DNA of 64,000 nt. It comes from an uncultured bacterium. Its GTDB lineage: Bacteria > Zixibacteria > MSB-5A5 > GN15 > FEB-12. Shown here in pieces: positions 11,134 through 21,084 of the stretch; within the stretch, counting starts at the first letter, position 1, and each line of letters opens with the position of its first letter. The notes under the pieces are model-generated. The model saw nothing but the letters and a program-made list of their open reading frames with translations, had not been told where the DNA came from and did no database searches. The translations under genes and the position numbers were made by a program. Location: the NCBI GenBank assembly GCA_965372795.1, contig CBDVDR010000009.1, positions 58,599-122,598 on the forward strand, in the 5' to 3' direction.

Positions 11134-11243
11134 TACATTTTCTCCTCAAGGCTTTTAACTCTTTTATCTAATCTAAATAAAAATAAGAACAGCCCGGTCC
11201 AAACCGATAACGTAACCGCTAATGCGATATAATTACCATCCAT
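11133..11243 (-). CDS. ccmD: CcmD-like small membrane protein (36 aa, not in the ORF track)
   Basis: MDGNYIALAVTLSVWTGLFLFLFRLDKRVKSLEEKM: one TM helix plus charged tail, between ccmC and ccmE, TAATG overlap with ccmE. Confidence 0.85.
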   Translation of the reverse strand: MDGNYIALAVTLSVWTGLFLFLFRLDKRVKSLEEKM

Positions 11244-11903
11244 CTATTCATCCTCCTTATCAGAGTTGATACGTTCTATACGACGTATCCTATTTGCCAG
11301 GTTAAACATCCAAAAATAAATTATTGTAAAAAGACCCAGCGATGTGAAGAATATCATCCTCACAACCGGACCCATAGTAAATTTTATGTTTTCATTAATA
11401 ATTGAATCATCAGGGTGAAGTGACGGAGTTACTCGCGGGATAACAAAAATAAGAAATGGCACCGTTATAAACGCAAAAATTGAATAAACTCCGGCAAGCA
11501 TTGCCCGACGTTCTTCAATTTCAACCGCTCCCCTTAAGGCAAAATAAGCGCCATAAATCAGAAGCAGAATGAAAACAGAGGTTTCCCTCGGGTCCCAATT
11601 CCAAAATGATCCCCAGGTAACTTTTGCAAATATTGCGCCGGTGATGGTTGCCAAAAAGCAAAAGATAAAACCCAAACGGGCTGCTTCGGCAGCTTTATCA
11701 TCCATTTCAATATTTTTTGTCTTGAGATACCTGATTGAATAGATCATCGACATTAAAAATGCCAGCACGCAAATCCAGGCTTGTGGTATATGATAATAGA
11801 ATACCCGGCTTGCTTCACCGATCATTTTTTGAGGGGCAGAAGTGATAAAACTGAACACTATCATCACGCCCATCGCTATAAATAATAACAATTTCCACCA
11901 CAT
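11244..11903 (-). CDS. ccmC: Heme exporter CcmC
   Basis: YYHIP and WGSFWNWDPRET (WWD) motifs. Confidence 0.93.
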   Translation of the reverse strand: MWWKLLLFIAMGVMIVFSFITSAPQKMIGEASRVFYYHIPQAWICVLAFLMSMIYSIRYLKTKNIEMDDKAAEAARLGFIFCFLATITGAIFAKVTWGSFWNWDPRETSVFILLLIYGAYFALRGAVEIEERRAMLAGVYSIFAFITVPFLIFVIPRVTPSLHPDDSIINENIKFTMGPVVRMIFFTSLGLFTIIYFWMFNLANRIRRIERINSDKEDE

Positions 11904-11953
11904 AATAAACTTATAACAATCCTTTCATTTTTCGTTCCCAAGTATAATCATAT

Positions 11954-11971
11954 TTGTGAAAAAAGCCACAA
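11954..11971. promoter_or_regulatory. Rex-like operator upstream of ccmC
   Basis: TTGTGAA-AAAA-GCCACAA versus consensus TTGTGAA-N4-TTCACAA; next to a minus-strand TATACT -10 element. Confidence 0.4.
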
Positions 11972-12011
11972 AATTCAAGAGAAGATATATCCATTTTTGA
12001 AGATTTTTTTG

Positions 12012-12695
12012 TTAGTCCTGCCATACGAATTTAAAGAGCAAAACTGACATAACCGTCATGACAACTGAAAATGCTATCAAAAACTGGAATTCAGTCATTA
12101 CTTCTGTAAATGGTTGATTATTAAGAGCTTTCTCGGTCCCTTTAACAAGCACCATCAGTAAAGGCAATAGGATTGGAAATGACAAAACAGCAAACAAAGC
12201 CCCTTTAACTGATGCTCTGGCTATAATAGCAGCCACAAGGGTCGTAGCGGAACAAAGGCAAAAGACCCCAAGCAGTAATACAACAATAAATACCGGAAGG
12301 TTGTTTGTCGGGGCATCGGTAAAGACAAAAAACATAGGAGTAATTATAAGTGACATTATACTTAATAGAGTCAGATTAAAAAACAGCTTCCCCAGATAAA
12401 TCGGATCAGGATCAGCATTCAATTTTAACGCCAAAGCTGTCCCGGTCTCTTCTTCTCTTATAAAAACCTGGGCTAAGCCTGACATGGCTGAAAAAAACAT
12501 GATAACCCAAAACAGAGCTGATTGTATTTTTGGTGACAGGCTCGCTTGTCCTAATGAAAAAGATACTACCGAAAGAGTCGTAATTCCAAACATCATGATT
12601 GCGTTCAAAGCATACTTTGTCCGCAGTTCCAGCCGCATATCTTTGGCGAATACGGCAAAAGTTTTACCGATTAACCCAGAGCTGCTTTTGCGCAA
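12012..12695 (-). CDS. ccmB: Heme exporter permease CcmB (likely TTG start at 12695)
   Basis: KDMRLELRTK, REEETGT, six TM segments; GAGGAG RBS before the TTG. Confidence 0.9.
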   Translation of the reverse strand: MRKSSSGLIGKTFAVFAKDMRLELRTKYALNAIMMFGITTLSVVSFSLGQASLSPKIQSALFWVIMFFSAMSGLAQVFIREEETGTALALKLNADPDPIYLGKLFFNLTLLSIMSLIITPMFFVFTDAPTNNLPVFIVVLLLGVFCLCSATTLVAAIIARASVKGALFAVLSFPILLPLLMVLVKGTEKALNNQPFTEVMTEFQFLIAFSVVMTVMSVLLFKFVWQD

Positions 12696-13281
12696 GACTG
12701 TACTCCTCTTTTTCGTTAGTAGCAACAATTACGATACTTTTCTTACGGAATTCTTCCACAATATCAAAAACAATCTTCTTGCCATCTTCATCAAGGTTCG
12801 AAGTTGGTTCATCTAAAAATAAAAATGCCGGATTTTTGACTATCGCTACAGCGTATTTTAGTCTTTGTTTCATTCCTGAAGAATACGTGCCGACTAAATC
12901 CATGCCCCTGCCTGACAAACCGACCTTTTCAAGAAGGCTTTCAATTTCTTTGCCGGTGACATTATTACCCGCAACCGTAGTGAAAAATTTTAAATTCTCT
13001 TCAGCAGAGAGCTGGTCATAAAGATTTAAATAAGGTGAAACAAGAGAAATACCGGCTCGAACCTGATCGTCATCCATCAGTTTATCATCATTATAATAAG
13101 ACACTTTACCTTTGGTTGCGGTAAAAGTTCCCATCATGACTTGTAACAAGGTTGATTTACCCGAACCGTTTGGTCCAACCACTGCCATTGATTCACCGGT
13201 AGACAGATTAAATTCAAGGTTTTTAAAAACCTTAATTCCGCCAAAACGCTTTGATAATTTCTCTGCCTTAATATGAAACAT
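12664..13281 (-). CDS. ccmA: Heme exporter ATPase CcmA
   Basis: GPNGSGKST, YSSGMKQR, LDEPT; ccm context. Confidence 0.9.
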   Translation of the reverse strand: MFHIKAEKLSKRFGGIKVFKNLEFNLSTGESMAVVGPNGSGKSTLLQVMMGTFTATKGKVSYYNDDKLMDDDQVRAGISLVSPYLNLYDQLSAEENLKFFTTVAGNNVTGKEIESLLEKVGLSGRGMDLVGTYSSGMKQRLKYAVAIVKNPAFLFLDEPTSNLDEDGKKIVFDIVEEFRKKSIVIVATNEKEEYSLAQKQLWVNR

Positions 13282-13319
13282 ATCGGGGAATAAAGGGTAT
13301 TTAGCTGAAAAATCAAAAT

Positions 13320-13347
13320 AAAAAAAGCGGTCTAATGACCGCTTTTT
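13320..13347. terminator. Intrinsic terminator
   Basis: A7-GCGGTC taat GACCGC-T5. Confidence 0.75.
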
Positions 13348-13367
13348 AAACTAAATATCTCTTTAAT

Positions 13368-14084
13368 CTAACTTTCGTCCTTAACCTTATATAATCTGCG
13401 AACAGGTAATGTAAATCTGGTACGTGCTTCATCCTGAAACTCTATTGTAAATGAATTCTGAAATTCCTTTTTTATAGAATCTTCTTTCACAATCACTGTC
13501 CCAACTGCCGTATCCCCCGCTTTTACAATAGAAGGAAGTTCAATATCGTAGAATCGTCCCGGTTCGGCAACAACACTCATTTTAATATCCTGATCACTTT
13601 TATTTATAATCTCAAACTTTGATTTCCGTCTGACTTTCGCCTTAAACTGAGAAACATCAATTCTTAATGGATTTATAATAATCGGTCGGGATGCAAAGGG
13701 GTCCGGTAACGGTTCAGTTAATATTTTCAAATAAGTTTTTTTGTCATTTACGTTTGATTCAAAAGATGGCTTTTTAATAACATGCCCTCGGTATTTTCTT
13801 GTATCAAAATAAATTTTCAACAAAACACTATCGCCGGGAACTACAATTGTATCCTGAATTGGTGCCCGGGTACATCCACAGCCGGGGTCGATATTCCTTA
13901 AAATAAGAGTCTCATCACCAGTTGATTTAATCCAAAATTCATGTTCTACCGTTACACTCTGGCTGACTTTGCCAAAGTTAAAATAAGTTTCTGATAGTTC
14001 AAAAGATGCTCCGGCATTGGTAACCGAAAAACAGCTGAATACAAAGACTATCAAGGCTGTACTAAATAATATTTTCTTAATCAT
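13368..14084 (-). CDS. DUF1573-domain Ig-like exported protein
   Basis: FNFGKV...IDPGCGCT motif; signal peptide. Confidence 0.8.
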   Translation of the reverse strand: MIKKILFSTALIVFVFSCFSVTNAGASFELSETYFNFGKVSQSVTVEHEFWIKSTGDETLILRNIDPGCGCTRAPIQDTIVVPGDSVLLKIYFDTRKYRGHVIKKPSFESNVNDKKTYLKILTEPLPDPFASRPIIINPLRIDVSQFKAKVRRKSKFEIINKSDQDIKMSVVAEPGRFYDIELPSIVKAGDTAVGTVIVKEDSIKKEFQNSFTIEFQDEARTRFTLPVRRLYKVKDES

Positions 14085-14101
14085 AGTTTTATAATCGGAA
14101 A

Positions 14102-14812
14102 TTATGATATTGGGTTTAGCAGTCTGGACCAGCGAACTTTATCAAAAAAGTGAATTGCATTAAAGATAAAGACTCGCGGCACTGACAACGGATCGGTGGC
14201 TGATATTTCAGGCGCCGGATGAATAGTATCGTCCCATGACCAATGAATTAACATCGCTTCACCTAAAATATAATCTTCCGGAACCGGACCCCAAAATCTT
14301 GAGTCGAATGAGTTATCGCGGTTATCACCCATCATAAAATAAGAATTTCTGGGCACAATGTAAGGACCGTAATTATCACGGGGCGGACGCGGATGAATCA
14401 CCGGATTTCCATCTTTATTGAGATCAATGAATTTACCATGTTCCGGCAATTCAAATTCTTTATTATTAACATAAAGTACTTTATCAATCACCTGAACCGT
14501 GTCTCCGGCCGTAGCAATACATCGTTTGATATATTTTGTAACTCCATCCCTTGGGAAAATAAAAATTACTATATCCCCTGCTTCCGGTTCTCTAAAAGAA
14601 GGCAGTTTCCAATCAACAAGCGGTACGTGGGCACCATAGATAAACTTGTTGGCGAGTAAAAAATCACCAACTAAAAGAGTATCTTCCATTGAAGAAGATG
14701 GAATTTTGTAGGCTTCAACAATTGATGTTTTAATAATTACAGCCAGGATAACCGCCGCAAAAATTTGTTTAAAATTATCCCAGGCAGAAGCGCTTAAATT
14801 AGATTTTGCCAT
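14102..14812 (-). CDS. lepB: Signal peptidase I
   Basis: IPSSSMEDTL, YIKRC, GDNRDNSFDSRFWG. Confidence 0.95.
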   Translation of the reverse strand: MAKSNLSASAWDNFKQIFAAVILAVIIKTSIVEAYKIPSSSMEDTLLVGDFLLANKFIYGAHVPLVDWKLPSFREPEAGDIVIFIFPRDGVTKYIKRCIATAGDTVQVIDKVLYVNNKEFELPEHGKFIDLNKDGNPVIHPRPPRDNYGPYIVPRNSYFMMGDNRDNSFDSRFWGPVPEDYILGEAMLIHWSWDDTIHPAPEISATDPLSVPRVFIFNAIHFFDKVRWSRLLNPIS

Positions 14813-14893
14813 AAAGAACTATTCCTAAATATTCCCAGTTTTTATTTTCATTTTTTTATACGACTTTATAAATAAGAAGTTCAAGTTAAATCA

Positions 14894-15961
14894 TCAGACA
14901 CCTTTAAACAACCTCATTATATCGTTATAAGTCACGAAAATAATCAGAGTCAAAAGTAGAACCATGCCCACCTGTTGAGCTATGATCCTCGCCTTCATTG
15001 ATAACGGACTCCCTTTAACCGCCTCGATAGCCAAGAACACAAGATGTCCGCCGTCAAGAACCGGAATCGGCAGTACATTTAAAACGGCTAAATTGACCGA
15101 GAGTAAAGCCATGAAAAAGAATAGCGATTTGGCTCCCTTTTCAGCCTCTTTGCCTGATTGCTTGGCAATAAATAAAGGACCTCCGATCATATCAGCAGAG
15201 ATATTTCCCGAGACAAGATTTACAACAAATCTGAGGGTTTCATATACAATTACATGAGCGGAAACAAATCCTTTATTAACAGCCTCAATAACACCATATC
15301 GTTCATAATCTATTACTTTTTCATAAAACCCTATTATTCCGATGGAATCGATTGACCCGTCCGGTAATGGCATCGGTGTTATTCTGGTTGTTATATCTGA
15401 CCGAATGGTATCTGTACCTCTGACCCAGGTTAGAGCAAGTGATTCCTCAAGTTTCGCATTTATTCTCACGCGGAGAGAATCATAATCAGTAATTGATTCA
15501 CCATCAATTCCAATAATCACATCATCAGCCTGTAACCCAGCCGCAGAAGCGGGATAATCATCAGTCACCTGACCGACAATAATTTTTTCATTATCAAAAA
15601 TCGGTCTTCCGCCGAATAAAGCAATTCCGATTAGCAAAACAATCGCCAGTACATAATTCATAAACGGACCGGCAAAAATAACTGCGGCTCTTTGAAGCAC
15701 AGTTTTTGACATAAATTCATTATCAGCGCCGGTTGTCTCTTCATCAGGATTTTCGCCAATCATTTTCACATATCCGCCCAGCGGGATTAGTCCGATGCAA
15801 TAAGTGGTTTCACCATACTTTTTAGAGATTAAGTTTGGAGGGAATCCAAGGGAAAATTTTTCAACTTTTATACCTACTTTTTTAGCGACTAAAAAATGTC
15901 CCAATTCATGGATAAAAATTAATATTCCAAGTACAAAAATAAATGAAACGGCTGTCAACAT
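14894..15961 (-). CDS. rseP: RIP metalloprotease RseP
   Basis: HELGH, PDZ domain, NVLPIPVLDGG. Confidence 0.95.
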   Translation of the reverse strand: MLTAVSFIFVLGILIFIHELGHFLVAKKVGIKVEKFSLGFPPNLISKKYGETTYCIGLIPLGGYVKMIGENPDEETTGADNEFMSKTVLQRAAVIFAGPFMNYVLAIVLLIGIALFGGRPIFDNEKIIVGQVTDDYPASAAGLQADDVIIGIDGESITDYDSLRVRINAKLEESLALTWVRGTDTIRSDITTRITPMPLPDGSIDSIGIIGFYEKVIDYERYGVIEAVNKGFVSAHVIVYETLRFVVNLVSGNISADMIGGPLFIAKQSGKEAEKGAKSLFFFMALLSVNLAVLNVLPIPVLDGGHLVFLAIEAVKGSPLSMKARIIAQQVGMVLLLTLIIFVTYNDIMRLFKGV

Positions 15962-17121
15962 ACTAAGTTTCCAATCTTTTCTTGTGCAAATTTTCTGGCA
16001 GCTTTGTCAGCTTCCAAAACATCAGTTAGATTCGGTTTATCGGTGATATCAATATTCTCAACTGTATCTCTAATAAGATCAGCAATATTCGTAAATGAAA
16101 TTTCCTTATTCAAAAATGCGCTCACTGCAATTTCATTAGAGGCATTAAAAACAGCCGGGGCTGTGCCACCGGTTTTGGCAACCTCAAAAGCAATTTTTAA
16201 AGCAGGAAATTTTTCAAAATCAGGTTCTTCAAAAGTCATTTTACCAAGTTTCGCAAGATTAAGCGCTCCAAATTCTGACTCCACCCGTTCCGGCCAGAAC
16301 AAAGCATAAGAGATAGGCAGTCTCATATCAGGAGCAGACAGTTGAGCTATCATCGAAGAATCAATAAACTCTACTAAAGAATGAATGATCGATTGAGGAT
16401 GGACAACGACCTGAACCTGCTCTATTGGAATCTGGAATAAATTAACCGCCTCGATTACTTCAAGCCCTTTGTTGGCCAGGGTTGCTGAATCAATTGTAAT
16501 TTTGGCACCCATCTCCCAGGTCGGATGTTTTAAGGCCTGTTCCGGAGTGACATTGGCAAGATCTTCAAGTGACATTTCGCGAAACGGACCGCCTGATGCG
16601 GTTATAATAATATTTTTAACTTCTTCCGCTTTACCGGAATTTAAAGCCTGCCAGATAGCGGAATGTTCGGAATCTATCGGAAGGATTTTCTTTTTGTATT
16701 TCTTAATCAATTCAGGAAACAGCGGTCCTCCGGCTACCAAAGATTCTTTGTTAGCCAGTCCCAAATCTTTGCTATTTTTGATAGTTTCAATTGAGGCTTT
16801 CAATCCGGCCGCACCGACAATGGCATTAATCACCAATTCTGTTTTTGGAAGTCTGGTCAAATCGAGCAGTTCATCTTCGCCGATTAGAATTTTAACTTTT
16901 TCATCTTTCAACCTTTGTGAAAGAACTCTCCCCTTCTCTTCATCAATAACCCCCAGATATTCCGGGCGGTATTTACGGAATTGTTGCTCAAGTAAATCAA
17001 TTCGTGAGTTACATGCCAGAGCATTTATTATGAATGAGTCTGGATGGCGGTCAACAACTTCAAGGGTTGAACAGCCGATTGATCCGGTAGAGCCAAGTAT
17101 GACTATATTCTTTGTTATCAT
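15955..17121 (-). CDS. dxr: 1-deoxy-D-xylulose-5-phosphate reductoisomerase
   Basis: LGSTGSIG, ANKESLV, PIDSEH, HPTWEMGAKITIDSATLANKGLE. Confidence 0.97.
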   Translation of the reverse strand: MITKNIVILGSTGSIGCSTLEVVDRHPDSFIINALACNSRIDLLEQQFRKYRPEYLGVIDEEKGRVLSQRLKDEKVKILIGEDELLDLTRLPKTELVINAIVGAAGLKASIETIKNSKDLGLANKESLVAGGPLFPELIKKYKKKILPIDSEHSAIWQALNSGKAEEVKNIIITASGGPFREMSLEDLANVTPEQALKHPTWEMGAKITIDSATLANKGLEVIEAVNLFQIPIEQVQVVVHPQSIIHSLVEFIDSSMIAQLSAPDMRLPISYALFWPERVESEFGALNLAKLGKMTFEEPDFEKFPALKIAFEVAKTGGTAPAVFNASNEIAVSAFLNKEISFTNIADLIRDTVENIDITDKPNLTDVLEADKAARKFAQEKIGNLVC

Positions 17122-17170
17122 ATCATTTTATAAACGAGTATATTTTGTCGGAGTTCCACTAAAACTTAAT

Positions 17171-17201
17171 AAAAAAAACAGGCGGGTTAAAAACCCGCCT
17201 G
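17171..17201 (-). terminator. Intrinsic terminator after the cyclophilin gene
   Basis: CAGGCGGGTT/AACCCGCCTG stem with a T8 tail on the minus strand. Confidence 0.75.
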
Positions 17202-17225
17202 ATTATTATTTTATGAAAATATCCT

Positions 17226-17933
17226 TTATAGTCGGTTACCCTCAGCATCAGATTGATAAGCTTCTCTAAGGTAAACATCATCAACAGGTTTGGAAGGTTC
17301 GCCTTGAGCAGTTTTGGTGACCTCTACAGTTGCTAACTTATGAAGCACTTCATAACCCTTAATCAATTGACCAAAAACTGTATATTTACCATCAAGCGAC
17401 TGGGTACTGCGATTTCTTTCAATACAGAGAAAAAACTGACTGGATGCAGAATTCGGGCTTGAAGATCGAGCCATTGACAAGGTACCTTCCTGATGAGGCA
17501 AATCTGAAAATTCAGCATTCAGATAATAACCGGCATTACCCATTCCGGTTCCGGTTGGGTCGCCACCCTGAATCATAAAACGATTTATAATCCGGTGAAA
17601 TATTGTACCCTTATAAAAATCATCCATCGAACGCGCCAAAAATGAATCAGCATGAGCCGGGGCAACATCATGATAAAGCTCAAGGGTCAAATTACCAAAA
17701 TCAGTAACTATGGTTACAAATTTGTTGTTTTCATTCCTTACCGGATATACAACCTGAGCCAGACTGTCAAAATTCAGTCCACCGGGCTGAGCAGGAGTTT
17801 GAGCTTGCTGAGCTGTTTCTTTCTTTTTATTCTCATCCACTTTTTTTGTATCCTCATCAGAACTCGAGCATGATACGAATGCAAAAGCTACTAACATAAA
17901 TGCCAAAGTTACTATTAATTGTTTTTTCATCAA
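17226..17933 (-). CDS. Cyclophilin-type peptidyl-prolyl isomerase lipoprotein
   Basis: Lipobox FVSC; FHRII..FMIQGGDPTGTG, LSMAR, SASSQFF, LDGKYTVFG. Confidence 0.93.
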   Translation of the reverse strand: MMKKQLIVTLAFMLVAFAFVSCSSSDEDTKKVDENKKKETAQQAQTPAQPGGLNFDSLAQVVYPVRNENNKFVTIVTDFGNLTLELYHDVAPAHADSFLARSMDDFYKGTIFHRIINRFMIQGGDPTGTGMGNAGYYLNAEFSDLPHQEGTLSMARSSSPNSASSQFFLCIERNRSTQSLDGKYTVFGQLIKGYEVLHKLATVEVTKTAQGEPSKPVDDVYLREAYQSDAEGNRL

Positions 17934-18011
17934 ATTTCCCTTCTTTTCTATTTATTCAAGAGAGGCAAATATATAAAATTTAGCCTTTTCATCAAGCTTT
18001 ACTTTTAAATG

Positions 18012-19211
18012 TTACCTGATCCCTTTTAAGTAAGCTTTTGTTGCCTCCCTAATTTCAGCATTTAGTTTCCCGGCTGTTTCAGGGGTAGCCAACCCGAATT
18101 TTTCAAAAAGATCAACTTGATAGACTGTTGTGTCCTGAGGATGGCACCAAAAAACAACCTCCGATTCATCATCCATAATATAAGTAATAATAACAGCCGG
18201 CAAAGTTGGGTCGCTGGTATCCAAATAAATTGAATCACATTCTCCAAATTGTAAATCAATAACAATATCATCTCTATAAGAAGACCCGATACCGATACCG
18301 CTTAACATTGTCCCTTCATAGCGTTTATTCATGGAATTATCAGGCTGTAGATATAATGAATCAACTACGATAACACCATGTACAGATGTTGTATCTTCAG
18401 CAATTCCGGTAATACCATAATCATACAGCAAAACAACCACTCCAAGTTCAGCTTCATAGTTGGCAAATGTTACCACCAAATTTTGAGCAACATAAGTATC
18501 CAAAGATGCCGGTTCACCATTGAAATTTTTCACATCCTGATATCGGTCATTAAAAAGAACAAATTGTGCCTGACCGGAATTTTTCGGTTTGAGCATATCA
18601 GCCCGGATATAGACATCAGTTGAATCAAAACCAGAAAATCTGGCTCTGATCACTGCGTAACCAAGTTCACCGTCGAAATTATATTCGGCAGTAACTTTTC
18701 CGTTGGAATCGGTACGGATGGAATCGGTTGACAAAGTTCCATCACCCTCTAAAATTGTAAAGAAAATATCAGCATCGCTTATATTTGACTGTGACACATC
18801 AGTGAGGGTAAATTCAAGCGGATTATCCAAAGAACTGCTTAACATCGTTCCTTTGTAAAAAATCCCATTGGTAGGCGACAACAAAAACGAAGTGGCAACC
18901 TCGACTGTTACAAAAGCAGTATCACGACCAGCATTGTTAAATGCAATCAATCGGTAGTCGGTTGTTTCAGTTGGAGCCACAGAAGTTTGTCTTACCGTTG
19001 TAAAACTCCCCCCTGCCGGAGATACCACCACCGAATCAGCTTCCGATACGGTCCAGGAAAGGGTCGCTGAACTGTTAAGTATAATTTTTAAAGGATTCGC
19101 TGTGAAGGCTGAGATCGTTGGCGGATTCTGCACTGATTCAGTCGGGTTGTCATCAGAACAAGCCCAAATTAGCAGACTCAAAATTAGAATACAAAAAATA
19201 ATTTTTTTCAT
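18012..19211 (-). CDS. Lipoprotein with Ig-like domains
   Basis: Lipobox IWAC; ATLSWTV and TDSNGKVTA Ig-like motifs. Confidence 0.65.
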   Translation of the reverse strand: MKKIIFCILILSLLIWACSDDNPTESVQNPPTISAFTANPLKIILNSSATLSWTVSEADSVVVSPAGGSFTTVRQTSVAPTETTDYRLIAFNNAGRDTAFVTVEVATSFLLSPTNGIFYKGTMLSSSLDNPLEFTLTDVSQSNISDADIFFTILEGDGTLSTDSIRTDSNGKVTAEYNFDGELGYAVIRARFSGFDSTDVYIRADMLKPKNSGQAQFVLFNDRYQDVKNFNGEPASLDTYVAQNLVVTFANYEAELGVVVLLYDYGITGIAEDTTSVHGVIVVDSLYLQPDNSMNKRYEGTMLSGIGIGSSYRDDIVIDLQFGECDSIYLDTSDPTLPAVIITYIMDDESEVVFWCHPQDTTVYQVDLFEKFGLATPETAGKLNAEIREATKAYLKGIR

Positions 19212-19232
19212 GAATTTATATACACCTATTAA

Positions 19233-19928
19233 TTATGGACGGAAATAATATTTAAGACCCAAGCCAAGATTCAAATATTTGGGACGATCACCGGTACCCA
19301 GGAAATCATAGCTGTTAACCGAAGACAGAGTGACAAAATTCCTATGGGTCTTTTTCTCCCAGATTTTCACATCAAAACCAAAGTTGATAGCCATCCCCAA
19401 ATTTAGCTTGGTATCCGAATTAAAATTATTAGCGGTTAGTGAGTAAAATCCGGTTTTTAAACCAAGCCCTATAAAAGGCGACCATTTCATATTTGTCATT
19501 TTGTTCATGAAATAGTTCAGATTAAAATCAATGTCATATAAACTTAAATTAAAATCGCCTTGTCCAAGATAAATTATTCCCACTTGAGGGATAATTGTTG
19601 AATCCTGCAGCCTAACATTTGTATATGCAAATCCGATTGAATATAACAGATGATCATTTCTGATCTGACCATAATTTAAACCGAATTTAAATCCTGATTT
19701 AAAAATTTCATCACCTGCAACCGAAGGGTTGCCGGGATTGCCGTCAAAATAGTCGGACCACTTACTGTTGTGGAAACCGTCATAATTTCCGGTTGGAATC
19801 GAGTATCCGAAATAAAAATCCATCACCGAAAGTCGGGCAGGCACTTTTGTAATTGAGTGAGCCGGACTAATCATAATTGACAGCACGAATAGAACTAATA
19901 GGGCTGATTTAAATAAGTTAGCTTTCAA
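19233..19928 (-). CDS. Outer-membrane beta-barrel protein
   Basis: Signal peptide, alternating beta-strands, C-terminal LGLGLKYYF. Confidence 0.7.
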   Translation of the reverse strand: MKANLFKSALLVLFVLSIMISPAHSITKVPARLSVMDFYFGYSIPTGNYDGFHNSKWSDYFDGNPGNPSVAGDEIFKSGFKFGLNYGQIRNDHLLYSIGFAYTNVRLQDSTIIPQVGIIYLGQGDFNLSLYDIDFNLNYFMNKMTNMKWSPFIGLGLKTGFYSLTANNFNSDTKLNLGMAINFGFDVKIWEKKTHRNFVTLSSVNSYDFLGTGDRPKYLNLGLGLKYYFRP

Positions 19929-20107
19929 AATCTTTCTCCTTTTACTGTTTCTGTTAAAATAGATACTTATTTAGTCAAACTCTGTCAAATAGTAACATCA
20001 CCCAGAGTACAAATTTATACTAAATAATGAAGTTTATGACCATATTTGGCTCAATTTATGATTATTTTTGGCTGATTGCCGATAATTAGACTTTACATTA
20101 AAAATGC

Positions 20108-20140
20108 TTGACTGATTTGATTTTGTTACTAAATTCACAA
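20108..20140 (+). promoter_or_regulatory. Sigma70 promoter overlapped by a Rex-like operator (20123-20140)
   Basis: TTGACT-16-TAAATT; TTGTTAC-TAAA-TTCACAA. Confidence 0.55.
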
Positions 20141-20163
20141 AGCATTGTAAATTAAGAAAGGTA

Positions 20164-21084
20164 ATGATGACGTCTTCAAAAATAATAATAGTTGGCGCCG
20201 GAGTCATGGGACAAGGGCTTGCTGAAGCAGTCGCCTCTTCCGGGACAGAAGTTTTATTAATAGATAAAACTACCAAACTTGCAGAAAAAGGTATCAAAGG
20301 AGTCATTGAATCAATCGACCGCGAGATTGAACGATGGGGATTAACTGAAGCTGATAAAAGAGCAATTCTTGCCCGAATCCACCCTTCGTCCGATCTATCG
20401 CTTGCTGAAGATGCAGAGATTGTCATTGAAGCTATCCCAGAAGTTTTTGAAGCAAAGAAAGATTTATTTATAAAACTTGATACTTTCTGTAATCCTAATA
20501 CACTCTTGATAACAAACTCCGGAACTCTTTCTATCTCGGAAATCGCCGCCACAACTAATCGTCCTGAAAAAATAATCGGCATGCATTTTCTAAATCCGGT
20601 AACAAAAATCCCGCTGGTTGAAATTGTTAAAGGTCTTAAAACCGACGATGAAACATTCCGAAAAGCTGTCACCTTTGCGGAACTGCTTGATAAAAAATGG
20701 ATCACCGTAAATGAATATCCCGGCTATGTGACAACCCGTATAATTGTCCCTCTTCTTAATGAAGCGATGCATGTCTTAATGGAAGGCGTAGCTTCAGCAG
20801 AAGATATTGACGAAGCGATGAAACTTGGTTTTGGATTTAATGTCGGACCGCTAACCCTGGCTGATATGATGGGTTTGGATGTGGTTATGTCATGGATGGA
20901 AAATCTCCTTCACGAGCTTTCCGAACATAAATACAACCCCTGTCCCCTGCTTCGAAAAATGGTTCGCGCCGGACATCTTGGCGTCAAATCCGGATTAGGA
21001 TTTTTTGAATACGACAACGAGGGCAACAAAGTTGGATTAAATAATCACAAAGAAAATTCTATTCCATCAGGAGTTCCTCAATGA
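20164..21084 (+). CDS. hbd: 3-hydroxybutyryl-CoA dehydrogenase
   Basis: GAGVMGQG, EAIPE, GMHFLNPV, GPLTLADMMGLD, LGVKSGLGF. Confidence 0.88.
   Translation: MMTSSKIIIVGAGVMGQGLAEAVASSGTEVLLIDKTTKLAEKGIKGVIESIDREIERWGLTEADKRAILARIHPSSDLSLAEDAEIVIEAIPEVFEAKKDLFIKLDTFCNPNTLLITNSGTLSISEIAATTNRPEKIIGMHFLNPVTKIPLVEIVKGLKTDDETFRKAVTFAELLDKKWITVNEYPGYVTTRIIVPLLNEAMHVLMEGVASAEDIDEAMKLGFGFNVGPLTLADMMGLDVVMSWMENLLHELSEHKYNPCPLLRKMVRAGHLGVKSGLGFFEYDNEGNKVGLNNHKENSIPSGVPQ

Noticed and set aside
16469..17269. 266-aa plus-strand ORF
   Set aside because: Antisense shadow of dxr; no recognisable motifs
20034..20705. 223-aa minus-strand ORF
   Set aside because: Antisense shadow of hbd
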